Assembly: GCA_951406725.2 (NCBI GenBank)
Contig: OX597815.1
Span: 35,092,001-35,156,000 of the forward strand
Source: Octopus vulgaris
Lineage: Eukaryota
DNA: 64,000 nucleotides
Direction of reading: 5' to 3'
Shown piece by piece: positions 27,597 through 42,875 of this stretch (its first letter is position 1; each line of letters begins with the position of its first letter). The notes below the pieces were generated by a model that was not told where the DNA came from, ran no database searches, and was given only the letters and a program-made list of their open reading frames with translations. A program made the translations under genes and the position numbers.

Positions 27597-27855
27597 TTAT
27601 ATGAATGAATGAAAACTGAAACTTAGCAAGTGAAGGAGGGAGAGAGAGAGAAAAAATATTTCCAATGAGAGAGACATGAAAATTATACTTCGGTCTCTAC
27701 AGAGTTTATATGTACATGTTTTTAAAGTGTATGTGTGTGTGAGGTATGTGCGTGTTTGTATTATGTGTATATATGTTTAAATGTATATATGTATCTGTGT
27801 GGTTGTACGTGTATGAGAATGAATGTGTTTATGCGGATGTGTGTTACTGTGTTTT

Positions 27856-27998
<143 letters not shown>

Positions 27999-28949
27999 GT
28001 TGAAATTTTTGAAAGAATATAAAAATATAATAATGCCTTTGTTCTACTTACTATTCCATTTCTGTGAAAAGCAGTGAATTATATATTTACATTCTGGTAA
28101 TAAGAAACAGGAAGTCTGTAACTGAAGGGAGAAAAAAAGGAAACAAAGGATAAATAAACATATCAAAATGACGAAGTGCCATACACACATCTAGTGTGTA
28201 TGGAAGGCAGGAATTATAGCTGTGAAGAATTCTTGAAGTCAAGTTTTGTTTTTGGTTTTACAGTTGGAGTATCAATGCAATCAATGATGATGTGGGAATA
28301 ATTGCAAAAATGCACTTGTGAATGAACAAATATTTCAAATAGACAAAAGATTTATAGAATATGTATTTTATTTCTGTATGAAACTATAAGTTATGCTTAC
28401 CTATATAATCATGGAGTCGAAGAAGAAAGAACAGTTTAACTCAAAGAACCGTCTGTTTTAAAGGGCATGCCACATCCAAAGAATAACCAGTTATGAATGT
28501 GTGCCAACGTGGTTAACTTTGCAATTCACTAGTTTCTTTAACAAAAAAAAAAATTCCCAACATTAATTTCTTAATTAACGATAAATGCCATTCTATTTGC
28601 GTCATTATATTTACTGGCTATTTATAAAAATAAACAACACAGTAATCAAAATACATCCACGTCTTTCTACTTCCTTCTCCAGCCTATATATCTAACAATG
28701 TAGCTCTCTCTCTCTCTCTCCTTTTCAAGCCCCTCTCTCTCTCTCTCTCTCTCTCGCTCCCACTCTCACTCTCTTTCTCACCTCTCTTTCTCTCTCTCTT
28801 TCTCTACATCTCCCTCTCACTCACTCTGTCTCCTGTCAGCTCCACCCATTTTATCTTTCTTCTCCAAAACCGTAATATTTCCTGTTGCTGAGTTTGTTTC
28901 TATTCCTTCATACTTTCTTTTCCGTCTTCATCACCACCACCACCTCCTC

Positions 28950-29207
28950 ATCTTTCTTCTTCTTCTTCTTCTTCTTCTTCTTCTTCTTCTTCTTCTTCTT
29001 CTTCTTCTTCTTCTTCTTCTTCTTCTTCTTCTTCTTCTTCTTCTTCTTCTTCTTCTTCTCCCCTTCCTCCTCCTCCTTATTCTTCTCTTCCTCTTTCTTT
29101 TTCAACCCTCCTCCTCCTCCTCCTCCTTTTCTCTTCTTTATAGTTGTTGTTGTTATTGTTATTATTATTATTATTATTAGTAGTAGTATTATTATTATTA
29201 TTATTAT

Positions 29208-29245
<38 letters not shown>
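28950..29245. repeat. (TTC)n/(CCT)n/(ATT)n/(AGT)n compound trinucleotide tract
   Basis: Directly visible. Confidence 0.95.
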
Positions 29246-29345
29246 TTACTTCCCCATAATTCAATAATTGAATTCCTTCGCATTCAGTCTGTTTTTCGTT
29301 TTTTATAGTCTGTATGTGCATATGTATACATACATACATATGTGT

Positions 29346-29392
<47 letters not shown>

Positions 29393-29773
29393 TATATGTA
29401 TGTATATATACAAAACACCTCACACACACACACACATACACATATGTAATAGTTTAGTCTGGTGAATTCTTTATTTGGATATTGATTTTTCCACTCCTCC
29501 CTTCATATATCACAGCAAAGTCATCAAATGAAATGACTCATATTTATGAGTATGTGAACGTTTCTTTGTGTGTGTATGTATTCTTGCGCAGTACAAGAAT
29601 ATACACGTGCACACATACTCACATACCACACGCACACACATGTATATATGTATGTGTTTGTCTGTGTGTGTGGGGGGGTGAGTGTTTGTGTGCGAGTCTG
29701 TATACACAAACATATATGTAAGCATACATACATACAACCATATATACATGTAAATATGTGTGTTATACATATA

Positions 29774-29886
<113 letters not shown>

Positions 29887-30508
29887 TATATGTGCATATA
29901 TACATTCATATATGTACATACATATGTATAGAGATATGCAAATATGGGTACAGGGGAAGTTTAGAACCAGCATTTTTGCATCATGCATATATATATATAT
30001 ATATACGTCTTTTATCTTTTATATATACATATATATGCATATATGTTGTGGAGTAGGTTCTGATATGGTAGAAAATCGGAGTATTTACAAAGAAAATCGG
30101 CGTATTTACTCAACGAGAGCTGATGACTACCAATATTCGTACATTAGAACTGTTCGCTAAATTGTAAGTCCACATTGCAGAAATTCAAGTACGTCATTGT
30201 TAAAAAGAAGTGCGTGAGTTATACAAACCACAACTTTATTATAAGTTATAATTGCTTTTGTAACACCATTGTACGAAAATGGCTCCATGTGGAATGAAAA
30301 AAGGCTCGACTTGATTCCAGTCTGATGAAGTGTTACCACAATGTAATCGTCTACACATATTACGTAACTTTTTCTATGGATTCCTTTACAATAGAATGAT
30401 ACAGAAACAACTGTTGCTAGTAATTTATGTGTGCTACTTTTATCTTTTGTTTTCTTATTCGTAGTATATGTGTGTGGTTATATGTATGTATGCATGTATG
30501 TATGTATG

Positions 30509-30542
<34 letters not shown>

Positions 30543-30603
30543 TGTATGTATGTATGTATGTATGTATGTATGTATGCATGTATGTATATATGTATGTATG
30601 TGA

Positions 30604-31110
30604 GGAGGCGCAATGGCCCAGTGGTTAGAGCAGCGGACACGCGGTCGGAGGATCGCGATTTCGATTCCTAGACCGGGCATTGTGAGTGTTTATTGAGCGA
30701 AAACCCCTAAAGCTCCACGAAGCTCCGGCAGAGGTTGGTGGTGAACCCTGCTGTACTCTTTCACCACAACTTTCTCTCACTCTTTCTCCCTGTTTCTGTT
30801 GTACCTCTATTTCAAAGAGCCAGCCTTATCACACTCTGTGCCACGCTGAATCTCCTCGAGAACTACGTTAAGGGTACACGTGTCTGTGGAGTGCTCAGCC
30901 ACTTGCACGTTAATAAATGAGCTGCGACGTCACTGGTGCCAAGCTGTATCGCCCTTTGCCTTTCCCTTGGATAACATCAGTGGTGTGGAGAGGGGAGGCT
31001 GGTATGCTTGGGCGACTGCTGGTCTTCCATAAACAACCTTGCCCAGACTTGTACCTTGGAGGGTAACTTTCTAGGTGCAATTCCATAGTCATTCGTGACC
31101 GAAGGAGGTC
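30604..31110 (+). mobile_element. SINE family C with extended composite tail, inside (TATG)n
   Basis: Matches 7596-7986 to about 30915, then an unrelated block gagctgcgacgtcactggtgccaagc...gaccgaaggaggtc. Confidence 0.85.
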
Positions 31111-33406
31111 ACAAAAAAATGTATGAATGTATGTATGTATGTATGTATGTATGTATGTATGTATGTATGTATGTATGTATGTATGTATGTATGTATGTAT
31201 GCATGTATGTATGCATGCATGCATGTATGTATATGTGCGCAAAACTGCGATAATGAGAAAACCCAACTAAATTTAAGTATTATAAAGCCTCGTAAAATTT
31301 CTCTAACAATATATACATATTGTTTCTTTACAGTTGATATACTGAAAAAAAGGGAGGGAGTCTCCTAACAGACCGTTCCATAGCTTGTTGACTACTCTTT
31401 AGAGAAGACTTACCCGATTTTCTTTCTCAATCAATGGATTAGATTATCTGCTTATAAAGAAGTCGTAAATTAAGCTTGCACTATTGTGGATAGCTAAATT
31501 TGAATATTTGCGAACCCGGCAGTCCCTTTTTGTTAAACAATAGTTATGCACGAGACAGCGTAAATCGGAAGAACCTTTTCTCATATCAGTATTATACAAG
31601 TAAGCCTTCTTTCTCATCATTAAATTACAATTAATGTTTTCCAATTTTTCTGCCTACTTAACTCTCAGAGACATTTATTTTTAATATGTGCACGCGTCAG
31701 GATACACCTGGAATTCTTCTTAATCTAAGTATCCTCCAGAGTGCTTCATAAGCTAAACTCAGAACGATATAATTCAATAGAAAATATAGACAAATGCAAT
31801 TAAAAGCAAAACAATTTAAACACGCACACTCATTTTTATTACATTAAGAACACAATTGTCTTTCCGGAAACTTGTTACATTCATTGAGCTACGATCAAAA
31901 TCGTCTGTGGTGCTATGGAAAGTATAAGAATTCTACATTACTAACATTATATGTAATAAGTCAATAGGTGTAAAAAAAAACCCGCTCAAACTCCGTAGAA
32001 TTCAAGATTCCTATAAGTTGAACACCTGTAGATATACAGTTTTAGCTGCATTAGGTATTGTCAATATAATCAACAAAGCATTCGTTCCGATGGGAGACTC
32101 CCTACTCTTGTATTCAGAACATCAAGAACAGAAAAGGAATGTATTTTTGTACAAATTTCTAATATTCAAATTTATTTCAGTCTTTGAAATTCAGGCTGTT
32201 TTGAAAATAAATTATTTGTTGTTTAATAAATGACGAGTCATCAAAAGAATAAACTAGCAAATTAATCTAACCTCTACGGTGATAGCCTCATGGATACTTA
32301 TGTTATTGTTAGGGAATGAAACAGCGTATGTTTTCCCTGCAGTATGGTCAAGAAATCATAGAATGTTCTGCGTATCAAGAGCATAGAATATATGCGTTCA
32401 TATTTTTATATTTCTCCCACAGCTAGGCTTTCTCTTATTTAACTCAATATATTTCTCAAAATGCATCATCCGTGTTTTTAGGCAAGAACCCCTTTGAGTA
32501 CTTCATAAGCTAGGTTAAGAGTAATATATTGTAATATATCATACACGCTAATTGTTTAGACAAACAATTTCAAAGCATATACATATATATAATACGGGAG
32601 AATATTGTGTTTATGGAAAGTGGTTGCATTTGTAGAAGCACAATGAAAAAGATCGTGGTTTATGCTTTTGTAGTTACGAGTATATATAATCTAGGTAAAG
32701 TCGAATGTTCTTTTACTTAACTTGCGACGGAGTACGGTTCTGATAGCGTTTCTATGAATGCTTCCGGTTTTCTGAAATACAGTTGTGTCCCTATATAATA
32801 TCCATTTTATTTTAAACATACTTGCATAGGATTGTTTTTTGAATTCAGTTTCTGCACATTATATTAGATTATACTTCTTTGAACATCGCTTATATAGCGC
32901 TCCAGTGGATCCCTACAATATGTTGCATCCCTCATATATTTCTCAAAATATATTGACGGTTCTCAAAACCGGAATGCGTTAATATGTTTCTCAACTTAGT
33001 TAACCAAATAAGCTTCAGCTTATTTGATGACACACTATACAGAAGACATTCTACACATAAATACAGGGGATCTGAATTCCGTAGCCTCACCAAAAATTTA
33101 CAGCTTGTGGCATAACTTTGTTGTCGCGAGTGCATATCATCTCAGTAAATTCATATTTTATTTATCTAATTTCCGCTGACGATGTTTATTGTAGTATCTA
33201 TTCGTATTTAATCAGTTTCAGAAAAAACAATTGTATTCTGGTATAATATATATTTGATATTAATATATATGTATAATTAGAATTGGACTTTTTTAAGCGG
33301 CTGGACTACATATTTGTGTCCGCGCATGTTGGTGTGTATGTATGTATGTATGTATGTATGTATGTATGTATGTATGTATGTATGTATGTATGTATGTATG
33401 TATGTA

Positions 33407-33472
<66 letters not shown>

Positions 33473-33599
33473 TACATATATATGTGTGTATATATATATT
33501 GTATATATTGTATATATATATATATATTTATTTATTTATTATATATATAGTTCACACACACACACATTCACACATATAATATATACATATAAATACATA

Positions 33600-34000
33600 G
33601 GCGTAGGAGTGGCTGTGTGGTAAGTGGCTCAGCTTACACACCACATGGTTCCAGGTTCATTCCCACTGCGTGTCACCTTGGGCAAGTGTCTTCTACTATA
33701 GCCTTGGGCCGACCAAAGCCTTGTGAGTAGATTTGGTAGACAGAAACTGAAAGAAGCCCGTCGTATATACGTATATATATATATATGAGTTTGTATATGT
33801 TTGTGTGTCTGTGTTCATCTCCCTAGCATTACTTGACAACCAATGCTGGTGTGTTTATGTCTCCGTCACTTAGCAGTTCGGCAAAAGAGACCGATAGAAT
33901 AAGTACTAGGCTTACAAAGAATAAGTCCCGGGTCGATTTGCTCGACTAAAGGCGGTGCTCCAGCATGGCCGCTGTCAAATAACTGAAACAAGTAAAAGAG
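33600..34000 (+). mobile_element. SINE family B
   Basis: Full head, core and tail. Confidence 0.9.
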
Positions 34001-34149
34001 TGAAGAGAAAAGAGAGTGAAAAAGTTTGATGAAAACGTGGTGAATTGAATATTAAAAGAAGGAAAATGCACACAAATTTTGTCGGACAATATATAATTTT
34101 TTTTTTTACATAGTCGACCAGTTTCGATTATGCTAATTGTGACTAAGTA

Positions 34150-34902
34150 GATAGTGATAATGTTACACTATCATGACCAACGACTTTATGAACTTAGAAC
34201 CATACTAATCAAGTTATATTATCCACCTTCACTAATAGGTGATGGGATAAAACGTGTGAAGAAAATTGATATCCAGACACTAAGAGAAATAAGACGAAGC
34301 AATACACCCGATTTAAAAATAGTACCCTATATTTTTACCCACAACCCTTGAAACAAGAGGCATATTACACTATTATTCAAAAGTTACCTTTGCTCACTAA
34401 GATGAACCATATGCTACACTCACACAGCTTCATCAAAAGTATAAAACAATCAAAAGCACTAAAGAAAATACTTACTGGTGCGAAATTATACCCAACGGCA
34501 AAGGAACCAAGAGTTAAATAATACGGGAAGCCTAACCTACTGGGTGGTTCGAAATTCCTTTATAGACAAGGACAAGGATTCAAAATTAAGACTGAGTTTT
34601 CCTGTACATCTGAATACGTTATTTACGTCATAAGCTGTTCAGAATGTTTTCACAACTATATAAGTCAAAGAAAAATGTCTTTCAGGCAGAGAACAACACT
34701 ACATAAGAAACAAATCATTTCACCAAGGTATAGACAAATACCATTAAACGAACTCTCGCAGAGATGTGCAAGAACTCTACAACCAAACTTCAAAATTTTT
34801 CCCACATAATACTGCAATTAACCAACTGCTACACAACAACAATTAAATAAAGAGTCGACATTTATTGAAAAATATCAACCGCACCTGAGTACGTACATAT
34901 AA
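34150..34902 (+). pseudogene. Penelope-like element linker plus GIY-YIG endonuclease remnant
   Basis: RLYELRTILIKLYYPPSLI..VPYIFTHNP; FSCTSEYVIYVISCSECFHNYISQ..RQRTTLHKKQI; KESTFIEKYQPHL; several stops. Confidence 0.8.
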
Positions 34903-35341
34903 TCAATTTTGGTTACGTAAATATTTTAGCTCATAAATATATGCATATTTTCTTATCTGAATGTAATCAATTCACTTTCAAATAAGAAAAAGGTAATTAC
35001 CGTCCCTACCGTTGATAATAACTATCACTGATTTATTTACCTTCTGATTCATTTACAAAATATCATTTCTCCTACTAACATGGCATGAAAGCTTATTACA
35101 ATAGCTTGAAATTGTAACGTTATCACTAGCAAATTAGTCATGATTAGCATAAGCGAAGCCGATCGATTATCTATTTATTTTATTTCATAATATACATACA
35201 TACATACATACATACATACATACATACATACATACATACATACATACATGTGTATATACACAAATATATAAATATATATATATTCTGTCCAAAATTTCTA
35301 TGCATTTTCCTTCTTTTTCTATTTTTCACTACATACATATA

Positions 35342-35377
<36 letters not shown>

Positions 35378-35395
35378 TATATATGTATATGTATG

Positions 35396-35460
<65 letters not shown>

Positions 35461-35469
35461 GTATGTAAG

Positions 35470-35500
<31 letters not shown>

Positions 35501-36142
35501 CTGTACATATATGTATATATGTATGTATGCATGTATGTATGTATGTATGCATGCATGTATGTATGTATGTATGCATGTATGTATGTATGTATGTATGTAT
35601 GTATGTATGTATGTATGTGTGTATGAATCAACTGAACTACCTGTTCACTGAATTGAGTGGCTGAGCATTATTTCACAGATCCATACCATCTAAGTTATAA
35701 CTCTCGAGTGGAATTGGTATAACACAATGCGTAAAAAGGTTGTGCATTTTAACTACAAATATAATTCACCCGATTGCTTTCTATACAGTTAATTCAGCAA
35801 TCTAGTTTCACTCACAAAGTTTGGGTGAACCGAATCGAAGCAATGTTAAAAGACACTTAATTAAGATATCACGTAGAGGGCTCTAACACAGGCCCACGTG
35901 ATGTGTATGTATGTGTGAGAGAGATAGCGAGAAATAGAGAGAAAGAGAAAAAAAAAGAGAGTGAGAAAGGGAGAGAAAGAGAGAGGAAGTCATTCAGAGT
36001 GGGAGATCAAGAGATGCTCAATATAGAAAACAGGGTAGTGCTCAAATGAGTTACAAATTGGGGTCGATTTGTTCGACTAAACCAGTCAAGACGGTGCCCC
36101 AGCACAACTGTAATCCAATGTCTGAAGTAGAAGACAAAAGAT

Positions 36143-36150
36143 ATATACAT

Positions 36151-36181
<31 letters not shown>

Positions 36182-36985
36182 TACATACATACATACGTAC
36201 ATACATACATACGCACGTACATACATACATACATACATACACACGCACATATATATACGTACATACATACATACATACAATCATACATACATACACACAC
36301 ATACATACATACATACATACATACATAAATACGTACGTACGTACATACATACATTCATACATACATACATACATACATACATACATACATACATACATAC
36401 GTACGTACGTACATACATACATACATACACACACACATACATACATACATACATACACATACATACATACATACGTACATACATACATGCATACACACAC
36501 ACATACATATATACATACGTACATACATACAATCATACATACATACACATACATACATACATACATATGTACGTACGTACATACATACATACATATGTAC
36601 ATACATAGATACACACACATACATACATACATACATACATACACATACATACATACATACATACATACACACATACATACTTACATACATACGTACATAC
36701 ATACGTACATACATACGTACATACATACATACGTACGTACATACATACATACGTACGTACGTACATACACACATACATACACACACACATACATACATAC
36801 ACACACACATACATACATACATACATACATACACATACATACATACGTACATACACACAATCATACATACACACACACACATGCATACATACATACATAC
36901 ATACGTACATACATACATACATACATACACATACATACGTACATACATACGTACGTACATACATACATACATACATACACACGTG
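36143..36985. repeat. About 840-bp degenerate (TACA)n array
   Basis: Directly visible; source of the 316-aa pseudo-ORF. Confidence 0.95.
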
Positions 36986-37911
36986 TATGTATATAATACA
37001 AATATATATATACACGCACATTGCAATGACAACGGCTGTAACATGAATATGTCATCAGTAACCTAAATGAATAGTAATTATAAAATAACGCAGCATTAAA
37101 AATATATATATCTAAAAAAAAGATTAGAAACGAAACTAAAAAGACAAGAACAAGAACATCATCAATAAGCAAGGCATAAAATTATATATTAAAAGTATCA
37201 AAAGCAAGCCGTAACTAAGCAATAAACATTGCACTATTTAATCGTTTCGACGGTGTAATTAAAGCGAGATTAACAGTTTTAAACTAAGAAAGAAACAAAA
37301 GATGAACAGGAAAATTATTTTCGTCTTAAAAGATGTTCTACAATTTCAATATTGCCTTGTCTCTATTTTGATTATTTTTACCATTCCTTCTATTGATCTC
37401 TGCCAGATTAATTTATAGAGAGGAACGCATTGTAAGTGAATTCCGTACTTCACGCACCTATCTTTGGAATGTATGCTGTAGTGTGTCAATAAAATGTCAC
37501 TATTGATCGGCAGCTATGCTCCACTTACTTTTTTCTTTTTCAGTCATTATTCCCCCCGCTCTTTCTCCTCTTACAACTTTCTCAAGCACTTCGTCTTTCT
37601 CTTTCCTTTATTCTCTGTCTCTTGTTCCTTTGCCGCAGCCTCAACATCCGTCGCTTAACATTGCAGATACACTGCACACACAAAAGCCATAAACATAACC
37701 GACACACGTATATGCGCAGACATTCATAAATTGATACACCTACATGCACGTGCTCGAGCACAACAAAGGATAATCATAAACCGAATATATCTACAAACAA
37801 CAAATATTTCGTATTATTCCACAGCTGCAAATATCTCTTTGAGCACGTCGGCGACCTCATCAAAACACCAACACATACACACACACACACACACTTCAAT
37901 GTATGTTATTA

Positions 37912-38125
37912 TTGGTGAGCTGGCAGAGTCGTTAGCACGCCGGACAAAATGCTTAGTGGCTCCTCGTCCGTTTTTATGTTCTAAGTTCAAATGCCACCGA
38001 GGTCGACTTTGCCTTTTGTCCTTTTGAAATCGATAAAATAAGTACCATTTGAATACTGGGGCCGATTACATCGAGGTACCCACTTCTCTGAGCTTGCTGG
38101 CCTTGTGCCAAAATTTGAAATCATT
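37912..38125 (+). mobile_element. SINE family A (diverged)
   Basis: ggtgagctggcagagtcgttagcacgccgg...gaggtcgactttgcc. Confidence 0.75.
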
Positions 38126-38192
38126 ACTATTATTGTTATTATAATAATAATTATTATTATCATTATTATTATTGTGTTATCATCATCACAAT

Positions 38193-38239
<47 letters not shown>

Positions 38240-38329
38240 ATAATAATAATAATAATAATAATAATATCATTATTATTAGCAGTAGTAGGAGTAGTAGAAG
38301 TAGTAGTAGAAGTAGCACCAACAGCAGCT

Positions 38330-38365
<36 letters not shown>

Positions 38366-38391
38366 ATTGTGATGATGATAACACAATAATA

Positions 38392-38422
<31 letters not shown>

Positions 38423-40179
38423 CAACAACAACAACAACAACAACAATAATAATTGTCTTAATACTACTACTACTACTACCACTTTCGCCGTAACACAGTT
38501 CTTTGGTTAAAGTCAAACGTAAGGGTAGTAAGAATGACAAGAGAGCGTAACATAACACATTAGATTGTGATATGAAATGACGTATGCATAAGATATATGA
38601 GTGAATGTCGAGTGAGGTAAAGAGTTAATGGACGGTGCATGTGTCTATCCCTGTTTATGCTTGTGTATAAAAAATTTACTTCCGATAAACTTCATTTTAC
38701 GATGCCATTTTCCCCCACCCTCTCTTGCCTCACTTACTTTCGCTCGCCTCCCATATTCCTTGCTGAAAACAACGTATTCATTCCTCTACTTTCAGACTAC
38801 CATTATATAATGGTACTCAAACATATTCTTTCCTATTTTCCTCCATTTTTATTCTATCCATATTTCACTTATCCTAATTTAGTGAAGAGCCACTGTTCGA
38901 AACGTCGACTTGTTGGTCTTTTTCTTCCTCCGCAGCATTAAATACGTAAACTTGCTAAATTTGTCCGATGTTTTTCGATAGGGTATTATGTACATGCATA
39001 TCAATATGATACTATGTAAATACCATTCATATCTAAACATGGTAATATTTATATTTCATCAGATTATATAGCATTTTATCTTGCCGAGAATGAAACCTTA
39101 CAAAGAATGTTCTTTAGCAATATGCGTCATCTTTGATAGTTAATGGGGAAAATATCCTTTTAATATATTAATCATCTTAGAATATACTTCGTTTTAAAAT
39201 AATATATTGATTAAAAATAATATTGTAGTATCAAATATTTCGTTGCATTTTATAAAAAAATATGGAATAGCAATTACTTTGTGGAAAAGACATATTAACG
39301 ACTAAAAAAAGCACATAAACTGTTATCTTTATTTCTATTTTATTAATATTTTGAAATAAGATTGCATATGAAAGACTTTCGTCGTCGTACGTCTATGACC
39401 TAGTCGTTTATCTCGAGTTTATAGTGACACTCTGCTTCAACGTATCACTATAGATAATCACCACACAGCAAAGTAGAATATCAATGACCAAGTCGTAGAT
39501 CCATGTAAAATATCTGGTATAATATTGTTATTACTAGAAAATAAATATTACTACAAAAAGTGAATATAAGTGGCTGTTATACAAGTAACTAATCCAAATG
39601 TATTATGTTGCAATTTGTTTAGCCCCAACATGCAATCTCGGATCAAACCAGAATAAAATTTTATAAAACTTTGAAATATCTAATCTCAGAATATTTTTTT
39701 TTTTTCTTTGAAAATGTTTTTATATTCGGTCGTTTTTTCTTTTCTATTTCTTTTATTAGGTTCATATCTTTCAGTTTGACATGTAGAAGCATATGATATA
39801 TCCTTTAGTTGTATAAAGCTTACTACAGATCTTATTAATGTAATCTATATACTTTAGTTAATTGAATCACGATGGAGTCTCTTGTTCATTAGTTCTTTTA
39901 TGGATTTAAACAACATACATACGACTATATGTAGAATCGCCAAATACATATTACAGTGTTAGTTTTACTAATGGAGTGTTAGAAATCCAGGCACTAAAAT
40001 AATGTATACGATAGAGTGATGGATTGGAGAATATACTTTCCATCCGTCAGTGTCTTGAGTTCAAAACTCACCGAGGTCAACTATGTCGGAGTCTAAAATC
40101 AAGTCTCGAAAATGCGGAGTGGGTACTTTACCACTCCCTTTCAGAAATCTGCGGACGCCTGCTGATGTTAAGAAAACTA

Positions 40180-40415
40180 CTCTTTTACTCTTTTACTTGT
40201 TTCAGTCTTGTGGCTGTGGCCATGCTGGAGCACCGCCTTTAGTCGAGCAAATCGACCCCAGGAATTATTCTTTGGAAGTCTAGTACTTATTCGATCGGTC
40301 TCTTTTGCCGAACCGCTAAGTTACAGGAACGCAAACACACCAGCATCGGTTGTCAAGCGATGTTGGGGGGACAAACACAGACACACAAACATATACACAC
40401 ACATGCATACACACG

Positions 40416-40485
<70 letters not shown>

Positions 40486-40510
40486 TACGACGGGCTTCTT
40501 TCAGTTTCCA
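40180..40510 (-). mobile_element. SINE family B (3' part)
   Basis: Tail and microsatellite through gacgggcttctttcagtttcc. Confidence 0.8.
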
Positions 40511-40695
40511 TATACCTCAATGTCTATTATACGCAGTTACAGCCACTGAAGTTTAGTATACAAATTGCAGATTAAACCATGCAATCAAGGTAATTTAAGA
40601 GCTGAGTTACATATAGTTTCGACTATACAACAGAATAACCAATTGAATAACATGTTAGCGCATGTGCGTGGAATAACATGTTTGTTCAAGTGCGT

Positions 40696-40925
40696 GGCGA
40701 GCTGGCAGAAACGTTAGCACGCCGGGCGAAATGCTTAGCAGTATTTCATCTGCCGCTACGTTCTGAGTTCAAATTCCGCCAAGGTCGACTTTGCCTTTCA
40801 TCCTTTCGGGGTCGATTAAATAAGTACCAGTTACGCACTAGGGTCGATATAATCGACTTAATCCGTTTGTCTGTCCTTGTTTGTCCCCTCTGTGTTTAGC
40901 CCCTTGTGGGTAGTAAAGAAATGGG
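40696..40925 (+). mobile_element. Full-length SINE family A
   Basis: ggcgagctggcagaaacgttagc...gagttcaaattcc...gcctttcatcctttcggggtcgattaaataagtacc (resembles the Nin/Deu central domain). Confidence 0.9.
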
Positions 40926-42318
40926 ATTTGCTTCGGAACCAGGTGATTCGGATTCAGTCCTACTGCTCGGCCCTTTGTCTGAATGTCTAGGATTGATCAA
41001 TATTCTGTAATTTGGTGGTTATCAGAAGGAAACTGCGTGGAAGCCCGTCTGATAAGTTACACTTATTCAAAGGACCGTATTTTGTCGCACATTGTATCAT
41101 GCTGACTATGCTCAAAAATTACATTACGATACTTGTGTCTATGGAATATTCAGCCAATTACACTATAATTCCATAGGTAAGCAGTTCAGTTGATAAAACA
41201 AATGGAATAATAGTCGTCGTCGAAACCAACGGAGGATTTATCTAATTATTTACTTGTTCATACACTCAGACACACTTGTAGTTTTTTTAATGTCAATGCT
41301 CAGCTTATGTATCAGGAAACATACAGCGGCCCCACATAAGTAAGTTATCATTTAAATATAGAATGTTTAAATGGTGCCTTACATAAGGGACACCTGGTGT
41401 CTAGACTATCAGTGTAAATAAATTAAGGACCACCGCAAGAATTGGTAGACTTAACTCGATAAAGTGCACCACTTGAAACATTAGTATTTGCTCTACCTCA
41501 CTGCACACCGACATACAACTTTCTCGCGTTAATTAGTGTTTAGCTAGAGTGTATTAGTTACAGATTAAGATAAAGCATTATTTATTATCTTCCTTACACT
41601 AACAGAAGAACGTAAGATGTTAAGCCCTATTACTTTTCAAACATCAGTCTTTATAGTTCGAATGTTATAGGTCAGCATACAGTTGCAAGAGATATAAGGT
41701 TCAGTAAAACTGTTTGTTATAATTTGAATCAACTAAACGCCAGTAGAAGCAGTCGTTCTTCTTCTTAATAGACGGAAAGTACGCCGTATTTTTAGCTTAG
41801 ATATCAGAGATAAAATATATGATAAGAAAGAGATTAATATTACATTTTTCTTTTGTAGATTTTATGTTTATTACCCAGTCTTCTTTTTTTTCTTTCTTTT
41901 GTTGCTCGTGTTTCCTTGAAAATTTCGGATTATAAAAATAATTTATCTTTGCATGACACATAATAAATATCAGTCCAGTAAAGTTTTATTAAATGTTGGG
42001 AGATACACAAGTGTATCTGCTTTGCATGTATGTATGCATGCATTTACTTATTGGTAAATGCCATTGTAACAGTGAACTAGAAGGGCAGTGTCTGTGACCT
42101 TTTGAAATCTCCCCTAGACTTGCCTATCTGGATAACTTGTTGGGATTACCGAGGTTAGTGTTTCATTTGAGTTGTGAAGAATTATCAAGTCGAAGGGAGG
42201 TGAAACTTCTATGCTGATCGAAAGTGGACAATTTGACGATCAAATAATATGAAGTTTGTAGAGATGTATTTTGTCTGAAAAGCATAATTTAGTGTGTGTG
42301 TGTGTAATTGAAAATATT

Positions 42319-42875
42319 GAAAAAATTGGTGTCAACAAGGAGTACGGTTGGACATACATATTTTAATCGCTACAATTGTTTCCACGCAATGTAGTTCTCC
42401 ACGCGTGCGGGTACTTGATTATGCAACCGTTTCCCTGCATTATGAATTCTAGTTGTGTTTCCTCAGGCGATATGTAAATATTGTCTCCGTAAGTTCAAAT
42501 CCTCGGCTTCAAGGACATCCTATTTGTCTGTCGTGGCCTAAATTTAGTAGTAGTCCCTGAGTTTATTAGGGTGTGTTGTTGCTGAAGGACCGTTGGCAAA
42601 CTGCTTTAAATGTGCAGATGTTGTGGGATGGTGATTCTGTTACTGTTAAGATGGTTGCCCTTTAAAACGACAACCACTTTCACAGCAGCAGAACCACCAT
42701 CTAACTACATCTACATATACGAAGCAGTTTGCCAACGACCTTTCAGCAACCACACACTCTGATAAACTCAGGGACTACTACACGCCTAGAGAACTAGAAT
42801 GCATGGAAACAATTTTGTAGTGCTTAAAAAATACATGTCCAACCGTACTCCTTCTTGTTGACTCCAATTTTTTCA
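42319..42875. mobile_element. Large foldback PLE-like element
   Basis: Outer arms 42319-42399 / 42789-42875; inner arms 42548-42660 / 42670-42780. Confidence 0.75.
42366..42471 (-). ncRNA. Type I hammerhead fold with long stem II region
   Basis: Minus strand atcgc-CTGAGGA-(about 78 nt)-GAAA-CAATTG-T-A-gcgat; palindromic ACAATTGT; helix II base weak. Confidence 0.5.

Noticed and set aside
28240-28400. Acceptor-like ttttggttttacag
   Set aside because: All three downstream frames stop quickly and no convincing donor follows
30604-30680. tRNA-Arg-like sequence (also 7910-7986, 26075-26149, 51940-52018)
   Set aside because: SINE heads continuing into SINE bodies; no complete cloverleaf or acceptor stem
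35075-35125. aagct...agctt-GAAA downstream of the GIY-YIG remnant
   Set aside because: Position fits a PLE hammerhead but core and helix I are unrecognisable
36046-36996. 316-aa His/Thr/Tyr/Ile-rich ORF and the many similar YI/CV/HT ORFs
   Set aside because: Translations of stop-free microsatellites; no coding signal
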